Shown here piece after piece: positions 59,728 through 64,000 of a stretch of 64,000 nt of DNA. The number at the start of each line of letters is the position of its first letter. Position 1 is the stretch's first letter. The DNA is from an uncultured Legionella sp. (GTDB lineage Bacteria > Pseudomonadota > Gammaproteobacteria > Legionellales > Legionellaceae), in assembly GCA_964513205.1 (NCBI GenBank), contig CAZELP010000006.1, positions 8,990 to 72,989 of the forward strand. Reading direction: 5' to 3'. The notes beneath the pieces are model-generated. The model had not been told where the DNA came from and did not search any database. It saw only the letters and a list, made by a program, of their open reading frames with translations. Position numbers and translations under genes: made by a program.

Positions 59728-60701
59728 GATGAGGCTCCTGGTTGCTCAGAGGACGATTTTTTCAGAATGGCCTCTAGAAGAGGAAGCGATTCATTTGGAA
59801 TGAAAGCTTGTGTTTGAAGTGAGGTCGATTGAAGCTTTTCTAAGCTTTTTAAAAGGGTCATCACAACAGGATTTTTTGTGTCGAATCCACGCATGATGTT
59901 ATCGCATGCTTGTTTGATTGTCAGCTTATAAATGGCTTCATTTTTTTGTAAAATAGCCCATTCAGCCTCTTGAAGTCTGAGACGAATAATTTCCTTTTGA
60001 GCGGTTAAAAATGCAGGGCTCATGAGAGGCTCAAGAGGATTGTCATGATGACGAATAATAAAAAATTGTTTGAATGACAAGAGCGTTTGTTTTAGGCGCT
60101 CTTGCCATGTTCCTCGAGAATAATCTGGAGTCGAATTCGAAGGTGTTATTGTTGAGGAAAGCTGAGTGGTAGGTGTGTAATCATCAACCAGTTTTTGTAA
60201 AGCATCGAGCTGACTTAAAAGACCTGCTACATCGACAACCGGTTGGCTCTCAACCAGAGATATCTCGTGTGCTAATGCTTGCCTAACGGCAAACAGTGCT
60301 GCATCGTTGGTTTGTGACAAAAGAACATCTGCTTTTTTCAAAAGTGCGATTGTGGTAACAGAATCATTTCCCCATTCGGCATTGAGTTGTGCGAGCTCAA
60401 TTGCAAATAAAGCTTTATATAATGTGCCTTCTTCTTCAACAGAGATTTCTTTTTGTGTTTGGCTTATTTTTTCAAGCTCAAGTTTGACTGACTGAATGGC
60501 GATTTCTGATGCGGAATTGGCATGATCTTGTTTGATCTGGATGGATTTTAGATGTGTTTCCAACAATTGTTGTTTTAAATACAGCATGCGCATGCTAAAC
60601 GTGCTCGCTAGAGAGAGCATCAAGAGAACGAGCCATAGAAAAAATGGTTTTTTTCGATGCGTTTTAATCGGATTTTTTGGCGTCGGTTCTGTCATATTCA
60701 A
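59724..60701 (-). CDS. hemX: HemX-like membrane protein
   Basis: It has a basic N-terminus, one TM helix and a long coiled-coil periplasmic region. The position between hemD and hemY fits. It overlaps the hemD 3' end by 38 nt. Confidence 0.7.
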   Translation of the reverse strand: MNMTEPTPKNPIKTHRKKPFFLWLVLLMLSLASTFSMRMLYLKQQLLETHLKSIQIKQDHANSASEIAIQSVKLELEKISQTQKEISVEEEGTLYKALFAIELAQLNAEWGNDSVTTIALLKKADVLLSQTNDAALFAVRQALAHEISLVESQPVVDVAGLLSQLDALQKLVDDYTPTTQLSSTITPSNSTPDYSRGTWQERLKQTLLSFKQFFIIRHHDNPLEPLMSPAFLTAQKEIIRLRLQEAEWAILQKNEAIYKLTIKQACDNIMRGFDTKNPVVMTLLKSLEKLQSTSLQTQAFIPNESLPLLEAILKKSSSEQPGASS

Positions 60702-61434
60702 AGTCCTTTATTGTATTCAACAAGTTATCATAACTTGTGACAATGACCTCTTTTACAGAGGTTGGTGTAAGTGTTCGCGCAATTCTTTGGCTAATTGTAA
60801 TGATTGTTTTTTGTTTTAGCCATTGATGTTTTTTTTCTATTTCGACCAATTTCAATAGATGTCGACATGCATTTGCGCTTGTTAATAAAATAATATCGAT
60901 TGCATGATGTTGCAACAAATGTCGAAATGTCCAGAGGGCCTCTTTAGGACATTGCCTACGATATACAACACAAGTTTGCAAGAGTGCTTGTCGAGAGCGC
61001 AGTGTTTTCGAAAGATGCTGGCGTCCTCCAACTCCTTTGATCAGCAATATTTTTTTGTTGAGCACGGATTGAAAATAGGGAAGATCAAGCATACCTTCAC
61101 TGTTGGCTTCTTTGGGAAGAGGCTGAGATTTGAAGCCGTGGGCTAATAGTGTTTCTGCACTGCCTTTCCCGATGACGAATATCGGCATATCGGACCATTG
61201 AGGTACAATCGGTATTTTTTTAAAAAAGTGATGGATTGCGTTTGGGCTTGTAAAAATGACGCAATCAAATGTTTCAAATTGAATTTTTTGTTTCAACCAT
61301 TGATGTGTTGGTGTTATTTCAAGCAGCGGGAGCTCAAGCACATCAACGCCTATTTTGATAAGATTTTGAGTGAGTTGATGTGCTTGATCGGATGGTCTTG
61401 TATTGAGGATACAAAGCTTGCTCAGTGATTTCAT
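60664..61434 (-). CDS. hemD: Uroporphyrinogen-III synthase
   Basis: 256 aa with a two-lobed HEM4-like pattern ('ILNTRP', 'VIFTSPNAI', 'ILLTSANA'). It overlaps hemC by 4 nt. Confidence 0.85.
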   Translation of the reverse strand: MKSLSKLCILNTRPSDQAHQLTQNLIKIGVDVLELPLLEITPTHQWLKQKIQFETFDCVIFTSPNAIHHFFKKIPIVPQWSDMPIFVIGKGSAETLLAHGFKSQPLPKEANSEGMLDLPYFQSVLNKKILLIKGVGGRQHLSKTLRSRQALLQTCVVYRRQCPKEALWTFRHLLQHHAIDIILLTSANACRHLLKLVEIEKKHQWLKQKTIITISQRIARTLTPTSVKEVIVTSYDNLLNTIKDFEYDRTDAKKSD

Positions 61435-62357
61435 GGTGTGTGCTTTAATAGTTGAGTTGCACCTTTTATTTTTAAGTGCTCAGCACATTGAAGTGCCAAC
61501 TCTTTCCAAGCTGTTATTTGACCTGTTTGTGTTTCTGAAAGTACGGTTTGTCCATTTTCAGAAAGTACTTTTGCTTCGAGACGAAGATTGGCGTGGTCAA
61601 TTTTCTCACAAAAAATAGCCACAGGCGTGTGGCAGCTTCCTCCCAGATGAGCATTGACCGCCCGTTCTGTTTGAACACACAAAGCATCCTCTGGATGATG
61701 CAGCGGTTGAATGAGCTGTTGTGTTTGTTCGTCATCCTGACGGCATTCGATACCCAGTGCTCCTTGACCGCAAGCAGGCAATAGAATGTTTTTATCGAGT
61801 ACCTGTTGAATGCGATGTGTTAAGTTGAGTCGAGTCAGTCCTGCTGCCGCTAGAATAATCGCGTCATATTTTCCTTCATCCAAACGTTGCAATCTTGTGC
61901 CTACATTGCCTCGTAAAGGCACAATGGTGAGATCTGGGCGAAAAGCCAATAGTTGTGCTCCTCGTCTTAAGCTCGAAGTGCCAACCGTTGCACCCTCAGG
62001 AAGATGTTGAAGTGCACGATAAGATGAGCTGATAAATGCATCATATGGCGTTTCGCGTTTACAAATAATAGGTAGAATCAGTTTTTCAGGAAAAAGATAG
62101 GGCACATCTTTCATGGAGTGCACCGCTATATCTGCGCGATGATGAAGTAATGCCTCTTCCAGTTCTTTGACAAAAAGCCCTTTCCCTCCAATTTTCTGAA
62201 GTGAGTCATCTAAAAATCGATCACCGCTTGTTGTCATGGGTATCAATTCGATGTGGAGTGTTGGCCAATAAGCCTTAAGTTGATTTTTAATAAATTCCGC
62301 TTGCCATAGCGCTAAAGGGCTGCGTCGAGTGGCAATACGAAGAGTGGTTGATTTCAT
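61431..62357 (-). CDS. hemC: Hydroxymethylbilane synthase (porphobilinogen deaminase)
   Basis: Motifs read: 'LRIATRRSPLALWQAEF', 'HSMKDVP', 'GTSSLRRGAQL' and the cofactor Cys in 'GGSCHTPVA'. Confidence 0.97.
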   Translation of the reverse strand: MKSTTLRIATRRSPLALWQAEFIKNQLKAYWPTLHIELIPMTTSGDRFLDDSLQKIGGKGLFVKELEEALLHHRADIAVHSMKDVPYLFPEKLILPIICKRETPYDAFISSSYRALQHLPEGATVGTSSLRRGAQLLAFRPDLTIVPLRGNVGTRLQRLDEGKYDAIILAAAGLTRLNLTHRIQQVLDKNILLPACGQGALGIECRQDDEQTQQLIQPLHHPEDALCVQTERAVNAHLGGSCHTPVAIFCEKIDHANLRLEAKVLSENGQTVLSETQTGQITAWKELALQCAEHLKIKGATQLLKHTP

Positions 62358-62504
62358 AAAAAAATACGCAGATAAGATGAGGCATTATATACAAAAAGGA
62401 AAACAAAAGGGTAGGAAAAAAGTGAGGACTCGATCAAGTTGATGATTGGTCTTAAAATTCATGTTATAAAGAAATTGCGAAGAGTCTGAAACTCAGGAGG
62501 AGTT

Positions 62505-63530
62505 GTGCGGCAAGTATTCACAGTACCACTTTGTTATTTTCCAAGTTTGGTCTTGTTTCTTGATAATGGACATGATTTCTTATTAAATGTTTTACTTCAA
62601 TTGAACGAGCATGTGGCATATCGATGGTTTGATGCTCCAATTGAGGCTTTAAATTTTCTAGAAGGCTATCGCCGTCGTCAACAAACACTGTCTCGGCATT
62701 GTTTAAGTGAACATCGAGATGCGCTTCAATTTTTTCATTTTCAGACGGATGTCGCGCTTTCAGCATTGTATGCTGAGCTTTACAATCCTTATCGTTTTTC
62801 AGAATTATCGGTGATGGTCATTGATTCTAAAGCACGAGGAATGAATGGATTTGAGTTTTGTCGTCGTGTGGGCCATTCACCCATCAAAAAATTATTACTG
62901 ATTCAGGCTGATGAAAAACAAGAAGCGATTGAGGCTTTGAACACAGGAATTATCGATGCTTTCTTAGATAAAAAATCAGCAGATATCACAGAAAAAATTT
63001 CTCATACAATCGCCACTCTTCAAAAAGATTACTTTCTTTCAATGTCTGAAAAAATGTTGAATTGTTTGAATGTTGATGTCTCACCTTGTCTTCAAGACAT
63101 GGCATTTGCTTTTTTTATGCAATCTTTTTTGGCGCGTCAGCATGCTGTAGAATACTATTTGATTGATAGGCAAGGTAGTTTTTTATTGCTTGATGAAGAT
63201 GCAAATCCGAGCGTTCTGATGGTTCATTCACCAGAACAGATGGAAAAAGATGCCTTATTTGCCGCGCAACATGGCTTTCCTGAGACCTCAATAGATGCCA
63301 TCACACAAGGCCAAAATATGATTTGTCAATTTTTTATGGAAAATGCACGTCATGAGGTAACCAATCTTGTTCCATCGGTCAAAATGGAAGTGGGGAGAGG
63401 GATTGCACTTTCTTATCTACCGACTCATTTGCTCAGAGGGCTTCGCGATCGCAAGATTTTATCTTATCATCGTTATTTGAATGAACTAGATGCAGAAGAG
63501 CTTTCTTTATACATCAAAGAACCCGAATAA
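62505..63530 (+). CDS. Atypical response-regulator receiver protein with an uncharacterised C-terminal domain (LqsR-like?)
   Basis: GTG 62505 follows 'AGGAGGAG'. The receiver elements are 'LVLFLDNG', 'SVMVIDSKARGMNGFEF' (Asp107) and 'LLLIQADEKQEAIEALNTGIIDAFLDKK'. About 40 extra residues lie between beta1 and beta3. No DNA-binding motif was seen. Confidence 0.6.
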   Translation: MRQVFTVPLCYFPSLVLFLDNGHDFLLNVLLQLNEHVAYRWFDAPIEALNFLEGYRRRQQTLSRHCLSEHRDALQFFHFQTDVALSALYAELYNPYRFSELSVMVIDSKARGMNGFEFCRRVGHSPIKKLLLIQADEKQEAIEALNTGIIDAFLDKKSADITEKISHTIATLQKDYFLSMSEKMLNCLNVDVSPCLQDMAFAFFMQSFLARQHAVEYYLIDRQGSFLLLDEDANPSVLMVHSPEQMEKDALFAAQHGFPETSIDAITQGQNMICQFFMENARHEVTNLVPSVKMEVGRGIALSYLPTHLLRGLRDRKILSYHRYLNELDAEELSLYIKEPE

Positions 63531-63562
63531 AACCTTGGGTGTTAACCGTCTGTGGAGATGAT

Positions 63563-63832
63563 ATGCGACTGATTATAGTGTGCCTCATCATGATTTTAGC
63601 TGGATTACAGTATAAGCTTTGGCTAGGCGAAGACAGTTTGTTGCGTTGGGTCTCCTTGAACAAAAAGCTAACTGTACAACTTGCTGAAAACAAAAAACTT
63701 TCCTCAAGAAACCAAGCCATGGAGGCTGATATTTCTGAATTGAAAAAAGGCGAGCAAGCGTTGGAAGAGCGTGCGCGTTATGATCTTGGAATGGTGAAGC
63801 AAGATGAAACTTACTATCAGTTTATTGATTGA
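63563..63832 (+). CDS. ftsB: Cell division protein FtsB
   Basis: ATG 63563 follows 'GGAG'. It has a TM helix, 'LQYKLWLGEDSL' and a coiled coil. 'EERARYDLGMVKQDETYYQF' is the typical FtsB C-terminus. Confidence 0.85.
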   Translation: MRLIIVCLIMILAGLQYKLWLGEDSLLRWVSLNKKLTVQLAENKKLSSRNQAMEADISELKKGEQALEERARYDLGMVKQDETYYQFID

Positions 63833-63856
63833 TTCAATATAATTTTGGGTGCAAGC

Positions 63857-64000
63857 ATGAAAAGCATGAACGATTTTAATCTGAACAATGCTCAACGAGT
63901 GGGCGGTCAAACTGGTAGTGTGTGTGTGACGTTACAAACGGAACCGTCAGAAACAGAAAAATCGCCCTATTACCAATTGAAATACTCTATTTTGGCAAAT
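63857..64000 (+). CDS. 5' fragment of an unidentified ORF running off the window
   Basis: This is the only open frame after ftsB. It translates to MKSMNDFNLNNAQRVGGQTGSVCVTLQTEPSETEKSPYYQLKYSILAN... The SD is weak. It has no IspD-like 'PAAGxGxRM' motif. Confidence 0.25.
   Translation, partial: MKSMNDFNLNNAQRVGGQTGSVCVTLQTEPSETEKSPYYQLKYSILAN

Noticed and set aside
62378-62443. A very basic 21-codon ORF (MRHYIQKGKQKGRKKVRTRSS) lies in the hemC/receiver divergent spacer.
   Set aside because: It has no SD and sits in an A-rich promoter region where Lys/Arg codons arise by composition. It is probably not coding.
63918-63928. A (GT)5 dinucleotide run lies in the partial ORF at the window end.
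   Set aside because: At 11 nt it is too short to be a meaningful microsatellite or contingency repeat.
1-64000. I looked across the window for CRISPR arrays, IS elements, prophage genes, restriction-modification genes, toxin-antitoxin pairs and other defence islands.
   Set aside because: I saw no direct-repeat/spacer pattern, no transposase or integrase-like ORF, and no small paired ORFs with TA-like features in the ORF track or in the spacers I read. I cannot exclude short dispersed repeats without a computational self-comparison such as a dot-plot or k-mer analysis.

Overview
This is an AT-rich, very compact gammaproteobacterial chromosomal core segment. I count about 65 protein genes and one tRNA-Gln(UUG). 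I saw no rRNA, transposase, integrase, phage gene, CRISPR array or recognisable toxin-antitoxin or defence gene on either strand.

The content is mostly housekeeping:
- glyQS, fis and the lolB/tRNA-Gln/prs locus
- coaD, a PlsC-like acyltransferase, a DesA-like desaturase and zipA
- rhodanese-secB-gpsA, and folB/hemE
- class II DAHP synthase, and grpE-dnaK-dnaJ running straight into carA-metK
- carB-greA, an Rrf2 regulator with sufBCDS-sufU-sufT-epmA
- a CzcCBA-type HME-RND pump, benE, rsgA, cca, orn and queH
- hemCDX plus a short hemY, and ftsB

Several features suggest a Legionellales-type intracellular organism. They are a Com1/DsbA-like gene, a class B acid phosphatase, several small beta-barrel OMP paralogues, a hel/czc-like pump and an LqsR-like receiver. 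This is an inference, not a database hit.

I did not find a clear, self-contained novel multigene system. The best leads are:
1. An intact CopA-like P1B ATPase keeps its metal ligands, but its invariant catalytic motifs are replaced (DKTGT to DLNGT, TGE to TGS, TGD to TGA-D).
2. An orphan atypical receiver protein reminiscent of LqsR lies between hemC and ftsB.
3. A minus-strand cluster couples a bifunctional PAPS synthase and a DUF2061-like protein to two secreted phosphatases and an OMP.
4. Neither canonical syntenic slot holds its isp gene: no ispE in lolB-ispE-tRNAGln-prs, and no ispD after ftsB.
5. The heat-shock operon is translationally coupled to carA-metK, and carA is separated from carB.
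6. A membrane-anchored Rmf/CrpP-like protein is present.
7. There are three G8 homopolymers, one of them inside the ribosome-binding region of an MFS transporter.

All family calls rest on motifs read by eye. None was checked against a database.
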